64,000 nt of DNA from Thermoprotei archaeon. GTDB lineage: Archaea > Thermoproteota > Thermoprotei > Thermoproteales > B15-G16. Positions within the stretch are counted from its first letter, which is position 1, and every line of letters begins with the position of its first letter. The stretch lies in NCBI GenBank assembly GCA_003649205.1, contig QMRC01000003.1:160001-224000 (forward strand), written 5' to 3'. The position numbers and the translations under genes are program-made. Positions 1 through 10,174 of this stretch are shown one piece after another. The notes beneath the pieces were generated by a model that was given only the letters and a program-made list of their open reading frames with translations, had not been told where the DNA came from and searched no databases.

Positions 1-100
1 GATATAGGGAAGATAAGAGGCTTAGTACCTTATATATTCACATTAATTTGCTAACTCATGAACATATATCCTTTGTATGTCTATGTAGGTTACTAGAGTT

Positions 101-1378
101 TTGGCGGGGGACTTCGCTTATATATCTGTATTGTGGTTGCTTTTGGGGGTTGCCTTGTCCTTAAGGTGGAGTGTTGTTGCTCTGTGTTTTGCGCTTGCTC
201 TAATTGGTACTTCTGGTTTTAGGTTGCTAATTCCTGCTATCTCATACCTGTGTAGGTACGTCTTCGGTGTCTCTGCTCTTGCGCTTGCTCTCTTGACTGT
301 TCTCTTTTTCGTTGCTAGGTCTATCTCCTCTGTCCTGGTTGGTAAATTATGTGAGGTTTATGGTAGGTTGAATGTAGTTGTGTTCATTGCTTTCTCTCTA
401 TTTGCTTTAGTTTCCCTGCTATTTGCCTTTGCTGGCTCCATACATCTCGTCCTTGTTCTTAGGTTTGTGCAGGGTCTCCTAAGTGGTTTTGCTTGGGTTA
501 CTGTTCAGCTCCTTCTTGGGCTTTCTGTTCCTAAGGAGTTTAGGGGTAGGGTTTTCGCTATCTACTTTATGCTTGGTTCTCTTGGTTTTTCCTTAGGAAA
601 TTACCTGTACTCTGTGCTCTCTAGCTTTTCCCTATTATGGATTTGTTTTGTTGCTTTCTGCATGTACTGTGTTTGTGCTATCTTATCTCTACTCCTACCT
701 TCGAGAGCTACGATTACTGGTATTCCCAGTGCTAACGTTCTTCGCGGTCTCTCATCTGTATTACGTGTTTTGAGGTTTGGTTTTCCTCTCTTTACTTTGC
801 TCTTTGTTGTTCGTCTCTACTTCTCTATTGTTGGTGGTGAGCTGGGTTATGTGTACTTATGTGAGTTCACAGGTTTATCTATGGGGGTTGTTGCTAGGTT
901 TCTAGCTATTGTTTCATTGATTTCCCTTGCTGTTAGCTATGGTATTGCTTGGTTGGGTGATAGATTTTCTGACTTACTTGCTCTATACCTATGTTCTCTA
1001 CTCCTAGTTGCTGGTTCCCTACTTCTTGCTGTCTCTAATGTGTCTCTTGTATTCCTTGGTTTCCTTCTCTTGTCGAGTAGTTTGAGGTCTCTAACACCTT
1101 TGTCTAGGAAATTTGCTACTACGTACTTTAGGTCTAGAGGTGTTGCTATTGGTCTCGTTAATTCTGTTACTAATTTAGGTGCTGCTCTTGGTGCTGTTTC
1201 TGCTGGTTATCTCTACGATGTTCTTGGTCTTGTGACTATATCTATTAGATTTCTTAGTACTTCTACTGATCTCTGTATTTTTACTCTTGTGTTAGCTCTC
1301 TTTGTATCTACTTTAGTTCTCTTCTCATGTCTCCTACTTCACATGTGGAGGTTTAGGTTAAAGAGCTCCAAATATTAG
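101..1378 (+). CDS. MFS transporter
   Basis: About 12 hydrophobic segments; motif-A-like GKLCEVYGR and WLGDRFS; RFVQG; RGRVFAIY. Confidence 0.8.
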   Translation: MAGDFAYISVLWLLLGVALSLRWSVVALCFALALIGTSGFRLLIPAISYLCRYVFGVSALALALLTVLFFVARSISSVLVGKLCEVYGRLNVVVFIAFSLFALVSLLFAFAGSIHLVLVLRFVQGLLSGFAWVTVQLLLGLSVPKEFRGRVFAIYFMLGSLGFSLGNYLYSVLSSFSLLWICFVAFCMYCVCAILSLLLPSRATITGIPSANVLRGLSSVLRVLRFGFPLFTLLFVVRLYFSIVGGELGYVYLCEFTGLSMGVVARFLAIVSLISLAVSYGIAWLGDRFSDLLALYLCSLLLVAGSLLLAVSNVSLVFLGFLLLSSSLRSLTPLSRKFATTYFRSRGVAIGLVNSVTNLGAALGAVSAGYLYDVLGLVTISIRFLSTSTDLCIFTLVLALFVSTLVLFSCLLLHMWRFRLKSSKY

Positions 1379-2761
1379 GATTAATGCTGCTATTAATAGT
1401 GGTGATGTAGCTATGAGTAGGTACATAAGTAGCCTCACTACCAGGGCTCTGGGTACCTTGCTAGCTACTGCATAGAGTAGCTTGTTCAGTATTGCTGCTA
1501 GTGTTGTCAGCATGACGCTTATGCTTACGACCTTCTCACTTGCTAGACCTACCTGCAGTAGTGATAGTGCTGAGAATATCATTGCTTCAGAGCTAACTAA
1601 TCCACCTAGGATCGATAGTGTTAGTAGTCCTTTATCGCTGAAGTACATTGTTGCTAGAGTCGTCATGACGAGAATTGCTGCGAATAGTAGGCAGTACTTG
1701 ATTGCTGCTCTATAGTTTATTGGTGAGGTTAGTGATGGTACCTCTTCACCACGGATATTCATATTGGTGCTTACCTGTGGTTTGCTCTGAATTAGTTTGA
1801 GTTTAATTGGTATGTAGAGTGCGAGTGCTGTTGCTAGTAGTGCTAACATAGTTAGTACTGTGTACCTACTAATCTCTGCTGTTATAGCCATCGTGTATCT
1901 GAGGAATGTGAATATGAGTAGATTTCGTATCACCATAGCTAGATTAGCTGAGAGGATACCACCTAGCACTAGGTTGCTAACTGCATTCCTGAAACCTAAT
2001 TTCTGACCTAGTACAATTAGGTTTATTGTAGTTGCTTCACTGTGTACTAGACCTCCAAAGAATGCGAAGTAGGTCAATGCTCTCATACCACACATCTTCA
2101 CAACCATGTAGCCTATGTAGGAGATGATGAGGATTATCACGAAGAATATGTAGAGTGTCTTGAAATTGACTACGTGGAGTAGTGGATCGTAGATGTCTCT
2201 AGCTAGGAAGGGACCAAGTAGGAAGACTATGATACCTATCTCAAGAGCTGATAGGAGTTCCCTATACGTGACACCTCTAATCGCTTTAACTATATGGAGC
2301 TTAACTGCTAGCATGAATGTGATTAGTACAGAGAGAGCAACAGCTTCAAGTACGTAACCTAAACCAACAAGAACCCCAAGGACATAGGCTAGTCCTAAAG
2401 CTAGTGGAGTTGTTATTCCACTCTCCTTGAGAATGAGCATTCTATGGATTATAAAGAACAGGATTGTGAAGATGGGTGGTAGTATTAGTGGGATTAGTAC
2501 GTACTGAGCTATGTCGCTAGGCATGTAGTAGGGCGCTATTATTGTCAAGGCACCGAGTAAGCTCACGAAACCAAAGCTTCTAACACCTGGAAACTCCTTG
2601 ACATCCTCCGTATTGCCACTCTCGGCAGCTTCCTGCTTAGCCTTCTCTCTCTCAAGCCCTATGAGTGCACCAACAGCAAATGCAATGAGTGACTTCATGA
2701 GAAGTGTCCACTCAACACTCGTATTCAATCCGTGAATAACCATATCTAGCACCTGAAGCAA
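1358..2761 (-). CDS. MgtC/SapB-DUF4010 membrane protein
   Basis: GALIGLERE, PGVRSF, GITT, GGLVHSEATT motifs. Confidence 0.85.
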   Translation of the reverse strand: MLQVLDMVIHGLNTSVEWTLLMKSLIAFAVGALIGLEREKAKQEAAESGNTEDVKEFPGVRSFGFVSLLGALTIIAPYYMPSDIAQYVLIPLILPPIFTILFFIIHRMLILKESGITTPLALGLAYVLGVLVGLGYVLEAVALSVLITFMLAVKLHIVKAIRGVTYRELLSALEIGIIVFLLGPFLARDIYDPLLHVVNFKTLYIFFVIILIISYIGYMVVKMCGMRALTYFAFFGGLVHSEATTINLIVLGQKLGFRNAVSNLVLGGILSANLAMVIRNLLIFTFLRYTMAITAEISRYTVLTMLALLATALALYIPIKLKLIQSKPQVSTNMNIRGEEVPSLTSPINYRAAIKYCLLFAAILVMTTLATMYFSDKGLLTLSILGGLVSSEAMIFSALSLLQVGLASEKVVSISVMLTTLAAILNKLLYAVASKVPRALVVRLLMYLLIATSPLLIAALILIFGAL

Positions 2762-2980
2762 AGACCATATCCTGACCTACTTAAATTCATTACTGTTATA
2801 ACAGTGACTTTAGTCCTTTATACACATTTTTATTTCTCTACCAATAGATTTATCGCTATAGTATAAGTGTTACACCACGTAAGTTATGTCTAGGTATAGC
2901 TAGTGTTTTTATCAGCGGTGCTAATGTTGTGTGGTTAAGGAGTAGACTTCTTATCCTTTACTCATGATCCTACCTATGAG

Positions 2981-3517
2981 GTGTTTATTGTGTCTTCGAG
3001 TGTTGTACCTGTGTATGCTCAGGGTTTCTTCATTATGTCGAGACTTGGCCGTGTAACTCAAATTGTTGTCTTTGATTACTATGATCCTGAGAAGTACTAC
3101 CTATCGCTACTGAGGAGAGGTTCTCTTGAGGAGGAACTGTCGAGAATTGAGGAAAATATGCAGTACTTTCTCGATGAGGAGAGGGTCTACATAAATGGTG
3201 TTCGGACCTACCCTAAGGTCATCTCTACCACTCTTAGTTTCCGTGGTGATGTGACTAGACCTTACATTACCTTCATTATTGAGTTTAGTGGTCCTATTAG
3301 GGCTGGTTTGAATAAGTACGAGGATTACTATGAGGAGGAGGTTGTTGAGTATGATTATGAGTTTACATGGTTTTTCCCTGAGGGTTGGAGAGTTAGAGGT
3401 GCTGAGCTTGCTGTTCCTTATGAGATTATTGAGGATAGGGTACTTGTTGCTAGGGTTAAGAAGGGTACTAAGGTCGGTCCTTACGAAGCCATCTTATTTG
3501 AGGTAGGGGAGAAGTAA
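2981..3517 (+). CDS. Conserved hypothetical protein
   Basis: 178-aa ORF with typical codon usage; no recognised motif. Confidence 0.65.
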   Translation: MFIVSSSVVPVYAQGFFIMSRLGRVTQIVVFDYYDPEKYYLSLLRRGSLEEELSRIEENMQYFLDEERVYINGVRTYPKVISTTLSFRGDVTRPYITFIIEFSGPIRAGLNKYEDYYEEEVVEYDYEFTWFFPEGWRVRGAELAVPYEIIEDRVLVARVKKGTKVGPYEAILFEVGEK

Positions 3518-3569
3518 TCAGTCGCTCCCCCTTCAATCACCTACTCATTCCTCACCTCCTTCTCATCAC
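3518..3569 (-). ncRNA. Box C/D sRNA
   Basis: Minus strand: GTGATGA-gaaggaggtgagga-ATGA-gtag-GTGATTG-aagggggagcga-CTGA. Confidence 0.75.
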
Positions 3570-3580
3570 GGAGCCCTGGT

Positions 3581-3793
3581 TTACTGATCTGGTTTAGTCT
3601 TGACTACTCCTCCGAACTTCTTAACTATTTGAGCTATATTAGTTGTACCTGTTGATTCTGCTTTCGTACTCTCTACCCTAGTCTTTGTACTCGTGATTTT
3701 CTGTGCTTTAACTGCCTTAACTGCTCCTTTCGCCATTGGGTTAGCCCCACTCGCTAATGCTGCTCTCACTCCTGCTCTAGCTTTCATACTCAC
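3581..3793 (-). CDS. Small basic hypothetical protein
   Basis: 70 aa, Lys/Ala-rich; GGGTG upstream of the start; fills the intergenic gap. Confidence 0.45.
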   Translation of the reverse strand: MSMKARAGVRAALASGANPMAKGAVKAVKAQKITSTKTRVESTKAESTGTTNIAQIVKKFGGVVKTKPDQ

Positions 3794-3843
3794 ACCCGTA
3801 CTAGTACTGGTTCTGAGGATTAATTAATTCAGCGAGTCTTAAA

Positions 3844-4707
3844 TTACCTGAGTACACGACCAAATGCTAGTCCGCGTATCATGTACTTCTGCACGTATAG
3901 TGATAGCAAGAGCACAGGTAGCGCTGATGTCAGTCCTGAAGCTGCTAACCTACCCCACTCAATCTTAAATTCATAGATGTACGTAGCTACCCTCACCGTA
4001 ACTGTGTACTTCTCTGGTGAATTAATGAACACAAGTGCATACAGGAACTCATTCCATGTCAGTATGACAGATAGTATCATTGTAGCTATGAGACCTGGTA
4101 ATGCTAGTGGTAGTATTATCGATGTCCATACTCTAACCCTCGATGCACCATCTATGAGTGCAGCCTCCTCAATTTCTCTAGGTATTTCACGGAAGAATCC
4201 AAGTAGAATCCACACTACATACGGTAGTGTGTAGACTTGGTACGCAATCATGAGTCCAAATCTCGTATCTATCAAACCCAGTGTCCTCAGTACCATGAAG
4301 AGAGGTATTGCGAGTACTATCGGTGGTAACATCCTAACGACTAAGACCCAGGTAAGGAATAGAGAATCTACGAAACGCGGTACACCTATCCTAACTAGAG
4401 CATAAGCTGCTAGAGAACCAATGAGGAGCGATATGATGGTAGCTCCTAGTGAGACCACTAGTGAATTGAGGATGTAGATGTAGAACTTGTCCTCAACCAT
4501 CAACTTAACGTAGTTCATGAGTGTCGGGTGAAGAGGATAGGGTAGTGATGGATACATTAACACTTCCCATTCAGGTCTAAACGAAGTTACGATAACCCAG
4601 TACAGTGGGAAGAAGGTCCATACTAAGACTACAGCTATGAGAACTCCATGTATTACCTTACCAATTAGTAGATGAATTAATCTAGACCTACGAACCAAAG
4701 ACGTCAC
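3844..4707 (-). CDS. Sugar ABC permease (MalG-like)
   Basis: EEAALIDGAS EAA loop; WNEFL. Confidence 0.92.
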   Translation of the reverse strand: MTSLVRRSRLIHLLIGKVIHGVLIAVVLVWTFFPLYWVIVTSFRPEWEVLMYPSLPYPLHPTLMNYVKLMVEDKFYIYILNSLVVSLGATIISLLIGSLAAYALVRIGVPRFVDSLFLTWVLVVRMLPPIVLAIPLFMVLRTLGLIDTRFGLMIAYQVYTLPYVVWILLGFFREIPREIEEAALIDGASRVRVWTSIILPLALPGLIATMILSVILTWNEFLYALVFINSPEKYTVTVRVATYIYEFKIEWGRLAASGLTSALPVLLLSLYVQKYMIRGLAFGRVLR

Positions 4708-5567
4708 CTCCTCCTCGTTATGTATAGGTAGAGCATGACTATAGTCAAGACAGTAGCTAGCATTATAACAGCTTCAGCACTACCAAGACCAAAGTCGTAG
4801 TACCTAAATGCAGTCTTGTAGATGACGAAGGTCAGTACCTCGGTAGCATTACCTGGTCCACCAGCTGTAAGTGCGTAGACCTTATCGAAGACTCTAAAGG
4901 TGTCGATTATCCTCAAAAGCGCAACAACAACTATCTGGGGCTTGAGTAGTGGTAGTATGTGGTATCTAGTTAACTGAAGTCTATTTGCCCCATCTATCAT
5001 AGCTGCCTCATATATTTCACGTGGTATTGAGAGGATACTTGTGTAGAGGATAAGAAAGACAAATGGTGTGTACTGCCATACATCCACCAGCACTATAGAC
5101 CACATAGCTACTCTTGGATCACCTAACCAGTTGATCTTAGGTAGATTACATGCTGTTAAGATTGCATTCAATACACCGAATTCTGTATGCAGCATTATCC
5201 TCCAGAAGCTACACACAACTATCGTAGGTAACATCATCGGTAGTATAACGAGTGGAGCTATGTACTTCCTACCGTAGAACTCCCAAGCAAATATAAGTGC
5301 AAACACAAGACCTAGAGCTACTTCACTTACTGTTGCTCCAAAAACGAAGAGTAAGGTGTTTAGGAAGGATATCCTGAAGAGCCTATTGCTGAGAGCTGAT
5401 AGGTAATTAGCTATATTAACGAACTCAAAGGTGAGCTTGGGGTAGAATGATACCTTGTGTAGAGATAGGTAAAAAACATAGATTATTGGGTAGAGGGTTA
5501 GAAGTGCCATTACTATTATCGCTGGTAGTGCTAGCAGAAGTCCAATGTGATGCTGTTTTAACTTCAT
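4704..5567 (-). CDS. Sugar ABC permease (MalF-like)
   Basis: YEAAMIDGA; WQYTPF; TAGGPG. Confidence 0.92.
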   Translation of the reverse strand: MKLKQHHIGLLLALPAIIVMALLTLYPIIYVFYLSLHKVSFYPKLTFEFVNIANYLSALSNRLFRISFLNTLLFVFGATVSEVALGLVFALIFAWEFYGRKYIAPLVILPMMLPTIVVCSFWRIMLHTEFGVLNAILTACNLPKINWLGDPRVAMWSIVLVDVWQYTPFVFLILYTSILSIPREIYEAAMIDGANRLQLTRYHILPLLKPQIVVVALLRIIDTFRVFDKVYALTAGGPGNATEVLTFVIYKTAFRYYDFGLGSAEAVIMLATVLTIVMLYLYITRRR

Positions 5568-5580
5568 GGTATTGAGTCAC

Positions 5581-6849
5581 CTATCCAAGTAACTTTGTGA
5601 GTTCTTCCTGAGCTTTCTTTAATGCCTCTTCTGGTGATAACTCACCTATTAATGCGGCATGTATGTAGGTTGCGAGTATGTCCTCTATCTTCTTCCAGAC
5701 AGGTACTCTAGGTCTCATCTTTGCTGTCATCAGTGCTTCGAGCTGTACTGGGTACCATGGGTACTTCTTGACTAGGTCAGGATCTTTGTAGAGATCAGCT
5801 ATGGTTGGTGGTACACCTGCTTCTAGTGCTATCTTCTTCTGCATTTCCTTACTCAGTGTGAAGAGTATGAACTCGAGTGCGAGGTCCTTGTTCTTCGACG
5901 TTACTGGGATACCTAGTAGCCAAGCACCTATCATAGGTCTTGCTCCTGGTGGTGGTATTATCTTGACCTTACCAACTACCTTAGACTTCTCTGGATTCTC
6001 TAGGTCAGGTACCCATGCTGGCCACACTTCACCTACTATGGCAACCTTACCACCCAGCAAGTATGCTCTAACCTCTGCAGAGCCGAAGTTCTCCGTACCT
6101 GGTGGACAATACTTCTTCAACTCAATGAATACCTTCAGTGCTTTCACTGCCTCAGGTGAGTACACTGCTGGCTTACCTCTCTCATCTAGTATCTTAGCAC
6201 CATAAGCCCAGAATATTGGTAGGAAGTTAGTGACAACAGGATTACCCTTCTTACCTCTAATCACATAACCATAGATTCCTTCCTTCTCCATTATTATCTT
6301 AGCTGCTCTTAACACATCTTCCCATGTCTTAGGTTCTGGTAGACCATACTTCTCAAATAGATCCTTCCTGTACGCAAATAACTGTACATTACCTACGTAC
6401 GGTAGTGCGTAGAGTCTTCCCTTGTACTTACATACCTCTAGGCAGGTCGGTATGAAGCCTAGCTCCTCAACCTTAATACCCTTCTTCTTCAGCATCTCAC
6501 CAATATCAACTAAGAAGCCCTTGTCAGCAAACTCTGCTAACCATGGATCATCTAGCATCACTACATCAAAAGCACCTGTCTTCTCCATCATCTCCGTCAC
6601 TAACTTATCGTGTAATGCTGCATAGCCGAAGTCCTGTACAACAACCTCAATACCATACTTCTTAGAGAACTCTCTCGCAGCTATCTTCAAACCCTCAGCG
6701 TACGTACCTGATCTAGCTGCAATAACTAACTTCTTCGGTGCTTTAGGTGGTGCTACATAGTAGGTTAAAGCTAGGTACCCCACTATGGCCGCTACAATTA
6801 CTACTATGACTACAATTGCTATGAGTACCGTACGTGAGATACCTCTCAA
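5581..6849 (-). CDS. Sugar ABC substrate-binding protein
   Basis: N-terminal membrane anchor; LYALP, YRKDLF, PKTWE motifs. Confidence 0.92.
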   Translation of the reverse strand: MRGISRTVLIAIVVIVVIVAAIVGYLALTYYVAPPKAPKKLVIAARSGTYAEGLKIAAREFSKKYGIEVVVQDFGYAALHDKLVTEMMEKTGAFDVVMLDDPWLAEFADKGFLVDIGEMLKKKGIKVEELGFIPTCLEVCKYKGRLYALPYVGNVQLFAYRKDLFEKYGLPEPKTWEDVLRAAKIIMEKEGIYGYVIRGKKGNPVVTNFLPIFWAYGAKILDERGKPAVYSPEAVKALKVFIELKKYCPPGTENFGSAEVRAYLLGGKVAIVGEVWPAWVPDLENPEKSKVVGKVKIIPPPGARPMIGAWLLGIPVTSKNKDLALEFILFTLSKEMQKKIALEAGVPPTIADLYKDPDLVKKYPWYPVQLEALMTAKMRPRVPVWKKIEDILATYIHAALIGELSPEEALKKAQEELTKLLG

Positions 6850-7015
6850 CCTCTACACCTCCTACTCAATGTTACTCAACGTAATTAAGTATCTAACGAG
6901 GTATTTAAGTATTTATTGTAGTAGTTAGACTTGGGTGGTCTAGTCAATGCACTAGATATCGAATATAGATAATTAAGCTCCCTATTTATACTCATTACTC
7001 TCGGCTTTAACTACA

Positions 7016-7066
7016 TCAGCGGACTGCTATTCGGTCACGAATATCCCCACTTAGCCTGTTCATCAT
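7016..7066 (-). ncRNA. Box C/D sRNA
   Basis: ATGATGA ... CTGA spanning 51 nt; internal boxes degenerate; D guide aatagcagtccg resembles the complement of the 16S 5' region (GACTGCTAT, recalled). Confidence 0.6.
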
Positions 7067-7123
7067 CTATTACCTTGGATTTGAAGAGAGTTTTTATGTG
7101 TTGATCTGTGTAGCCCCTACTAG

Positions 7124-8251
7124 GTGTCTACTGTGAGTCTGTGGTATGTACTGAGGCCGGATGCTATTAAGGTTTGGGAGAATCCTGTTGTTGTTGAGAG
7201 GTTGAGGTGGTACTACGATGTTATGAGAGATAGAAAGCCTGCTAAGTTCATGATATGTAAGAGGTTGGATGCTGGTTGTGATCCATCGAAGCTATCTCTC
7301 GAGGAGCTTTGGAAGCTCCATGATGATCTCAGTAAGGAGTTTGGTCGTGTGTGGTCCATGATTTGTAGTGATGAGCTAAGTCTTGATGAGTTACCTAGAC
7401 CTAAGTTCAGTTACCTAGATGTCAAGATTGAAATCGCTAAGAGAATTCTACTGAGTTGTCACTTCTGTGAACATAGGTGTGGTGTCAATAGGTTAAGTGG
7501 TGAGAGAGGTTTCTGTCGTCTAGATTACAGAACATACGTACATTCGTGGTTTCACCACTATGGTGAGGAAGCGCCATTAGTACCTAGTGGAACGATTTTC
7601 TACGGTAGCTGTAACTTCAGATGTGTATTCTGTCAGAACTGGGATATCAGTCAGGAGCACCCACTAGATGGTGTAGAGGTTGATGCTTGGAGATTGGCTC
7701 TCATGCAGAAGGAATTGAGGAAGACAGGTGCTAGAAATATCAATCACGTAGGTGGTGAACCAACACCAAATCTACACACCATACTTGAGTCACTGAAGTA
7801 CCTCGATGTGAATGTCCCACAGCTCTGGAATAGCAATATGTACTGTAGTGTGGAGACAATGAAGTTGCTGAAGGACGTCATTGACATTTGGTTACCTGAC
7901 TTCAAGTACGGTAACAACAAGTGTGCAGAGAGATTATCAGGTATTAAGAACTACTGGGAGGTGGTAACGAGAAATCTCAAGATAGCTGCTGAGTCAGCGC
8001 CCATGATAATAAGGCACTTAGTACTACCAAATCACATTGAGTGCTGTACAAGACCTGTACTCAAGTGGATTGCTGATAATATAAAGGATAAGGTACTTGT
8101 TAACGTCATGGAGCAGTACAGACCTGAATGGTTGGTGAGTAAGTACCCAGAGAAGTGGCCTGATATCAGTAGGAGACTTAGGAGTAGTGAAATTGAGGAG
8201 GCGTACGCTATTGCTAGAGAGCTAGGTATAGTGTATGAACCGGTTTCGTAG
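7124..8251 (+). CDS. Radical SAM protein, PflX-like
   Basis: CNFRCVFCQN; CHFCEHRCGVNR; GGEPT; PDFKYG; RHLVLP. Confidence 0.88.
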   Translation: MSTVSLWYVLRPDAIKVWENPVVVERLRWYYDVMRDRKPAKFMICKRLDAGCDPSKLSLEELWKLHDDLSKEFGRVWSMICSDELSLDELPRPKFSYLDVKIEIAKRILLSCHFCEHRCGVNRLSGERGFCRLDYRTYVHSWFHHYGEEAPLVPSGTIFYGSCNFRCVFCQNWDISQEHPLDGVEVDAWRLALMQKELRKTGARNINHVGGEPTPNLHTILESLKYLDVNVPQLWNSNMYCSVETMKLLKDVIDIWLPDFKYGNNKCAERLSGIKNYWEVVTRNLKIAAESAPMIIRHLVLPNHIECCTRPVLKWIADNIKDKVLVNVMEQYRPEWLVSKYPEKWPDISRRLRSSEIEEAYAIARELGIVYEPVS

Positions 8252-8255
8252 GGGA

Positions 8256-8325
8256 TGTCCGTGAGGTGCCAGCCCTACCTTCATAGACCCCAATGTGGGG
8301 TCTCTGGTAGGTCGGCTGTACTGCG
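8256..8325. ncRNA. GC-rich hairpin with K-turn geometry (possible H/ACA-like RNA)
   Basis: Nested stems CAGCC/GGCTG, CTACC/GGTAG, AGACCCCA/TGGGGTCT. Confidence 0.4.
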
Positions 8326-8372
8326 TATTTTACGTGATTAATTTTTATAGTTTCCTTTGATGTTATAACCTA

Positions 8373-9782
8373 GTGCATCTCAGTAAAACACCTAGGTTAC
8401 GCAATGGATATGTACTGTGGTTGAGTATGGTGAGGTATGTTCTCCCTATTGTCTTGATTCTGTTTCTCTTCCTTATTCCAAGTCATCACTGTTTATGTGC
8501 TTCTGCTGAGGTCATGGTAGTTAGAGGTTTTGTATATGTTGAAGGTGGTAAGCCTCCGGTCAGAGCTGATATCCCGGTGTATGCGGTTTATGGTGGTAAG
8601 GTTATTGCTGAGAACTTAACCTCAATGGATGGTTCCTTCGTCTTAATTGTAAGGGGTTTGAGTAATGGTACTGAGTTCTCTATACGTGTTGGTGAGTATG
8701 AGGTGCGTAAGTTAGTGTTCTCTCCTGGTGCTGTGATTAGTGTAGGCACTCTTAAAGTTAAGGATGCTTTGAGACCTAGTAGACCTAAAATAGTTGAAGT
8801 TCGTAGTGGTATTAGGTGGGTGTTTGTTAGGTGGAGTCACTCTAGTGATGATGTAGCTGTTTCCAAGTACGTTGTCTCGATTAGGTTAGTTAATGTGGAG
8901 AAGTACGTATCCTCCATCGAGGTCTCTAGTAAGAAGACCTCCGTTAACTTAAGTGAAGTACCTCCAGGTATTTACCTCGTTGAGGTGCAGGCTATTGATG
9001 TTGCTAATAGAGCTAGTGACGTAGCTAGTGCTAGAGTAGTTGTGTATCCGGAGAAGGTTGTAGTGTGGGGTAAGGTAGTTGTTAGGGGTCCTAGGGGGCA
9101 AGCTATGTTACCTGGTCTTTCGGTTAGGGCTTACGTTGGTAATGAACTAGTCAATAGTACTGTGACGATGCAGGGTGGTTGGTACTCACTAACTTTACCT
9201 GGTGAGAAGGTATTTGGTAAGGTGATAAAGCTTGTGTGTAGAGATTCTGAAACCGTAATCACGATCAATAGGACTAAGGTGAAGGTAGACCTAGTAGCTA
9301 GAGACTACACAGCACCTACCCCCCCTGCAAACTTAATAGCAACGTATATCGGTGACGCAGTTATCGTTAAGTGGTCTCCATCAGTAGATGACGTGGCATT
9401 GGGTGGTTACTATGTTGAGTTTCGATCTAAGTTAGTATTTACCAATGCTACGTCTGTAGTGATTAAGTGCGGTAAGTTGATACCAGGTAAATATGTGGTT
9501 CGTGTATGGGCTATGGATGCTGTTGGTAATAACAGTACAGCGGCTGTAACGCATGTGTATGTTGAGTTTCCTCATGAGAAGTTACTTACGGTGGTTAGTA
9601 TCCTAATTGTTGCGATAACTGTGGTGTCAGTGCTCGCTATAGTGCTTAGATATGTAGCTACTAAGAGAGCAGAGCGGTACGTTGACCTGTATTATAGAGC
9701 TACGTTATTGGTAGGTCGCTACTCTTCACTCTGCATACGGGCACTATCCTTGACTTCAAATCCTCTAATCTACACTCTCTAA
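8373..9782 (+). CDS. Surface protein with fibronectin type III-like repeats (true start probably ~8428)
   Basis: Signal-like N-terminus; two repeats W..S.DD...Y / V.A.D..GN; C-terminal TM helix. Confidence 0.75.
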   Translation: MHLSKTPRLRNGYVLWLSMVRYVLPIVLILFLFLIPSHHCLCASAEVMVVRGFVYVEGGKPPVRADIPVYAVYGGKVIAENLTSMDGSFVLIVRGLSNGTEFSIRVGEYEVRKLVFSPGAVISVGTLKVKDALRPSRPKIVEVRSGIRWVFVRWSHSSDDVAVSKYVVSIRLVNVEKYVSSIEVSSKKTSVNLSEVPPGIYLVEVQAIDVANRASDVASARVVVYPEKVVVWGKVVVRGPRGQAMLPGLSVRAYVGNELVNSTVTMQGGWYSLTLPGEKVFGKVIKLVCRDSETVITINRTKVKVDLVARDYTAPTPPANLIATYIGDAVIVKWSPSVDDVALGGYYVEFRSKLVFTNATSVVIKCGKLIPGKYVVRVWAMDAVGNNSTAAVTHVYVEFPHEKLLTVVSILIVAITVVSVLAIVLRYVATKRAERYVDLYYRATLLVGRYSSLCIRALSLTSNPLIYTL

Positions 9783-10167
9783 TACCACTACCGCTGTAAC
9801 AGTAGATATTGCTCAGTGGTACTGGTCTATGTCTCAAGTCTGCGATAGGTCTGAGGTATAGTATGTAGTACTTCTCACTGTAGCTTGTTATTGGGTATAT
9901 CTTCTTAAGCTCTTTAACTAGCTCTACTCTGCTTCTGAAGCCAGCTGCTTTAGCCTCATCATCACTTATACTCCTAAGCTCTTTGATGATGACTTTAGTG
10001 ACCTCAACAATGCCAACAATGCCGGATCCAGTAGCTAGAAGTAGTTTATCACCAGATCTGACGAGATCTATGTTTACAGTACCTTCCCACCTAACTTCAG
10101 CTATCTTCCTACCATCGAGAATTGCATCAGCATACTTCCTCCTTACTGCAATTACCCAAATCGCCAT
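9700..10167 (-). CDS. ASCH domain protein
   Basis: ILDGRKIAEVR (GxKxxExR); EAKAAGF. Confidence 0.85.
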   Translation of the reverse strand: MAIWVIAVRRKYADAILDGRKIAEVRWEGTVNIDLVRSGDKLLLATGSGIVGIVEVTKVIIKELRSISDDEAKAAGFRSRVELVKELKKIYPITSYSEKYYILYLRPIADLRHRPVPLSNIYCYSGSGIRECRLEDLKSRIVPVCRVKSSDLPIT

Positions 10168-10174
10168 GTTCTTC

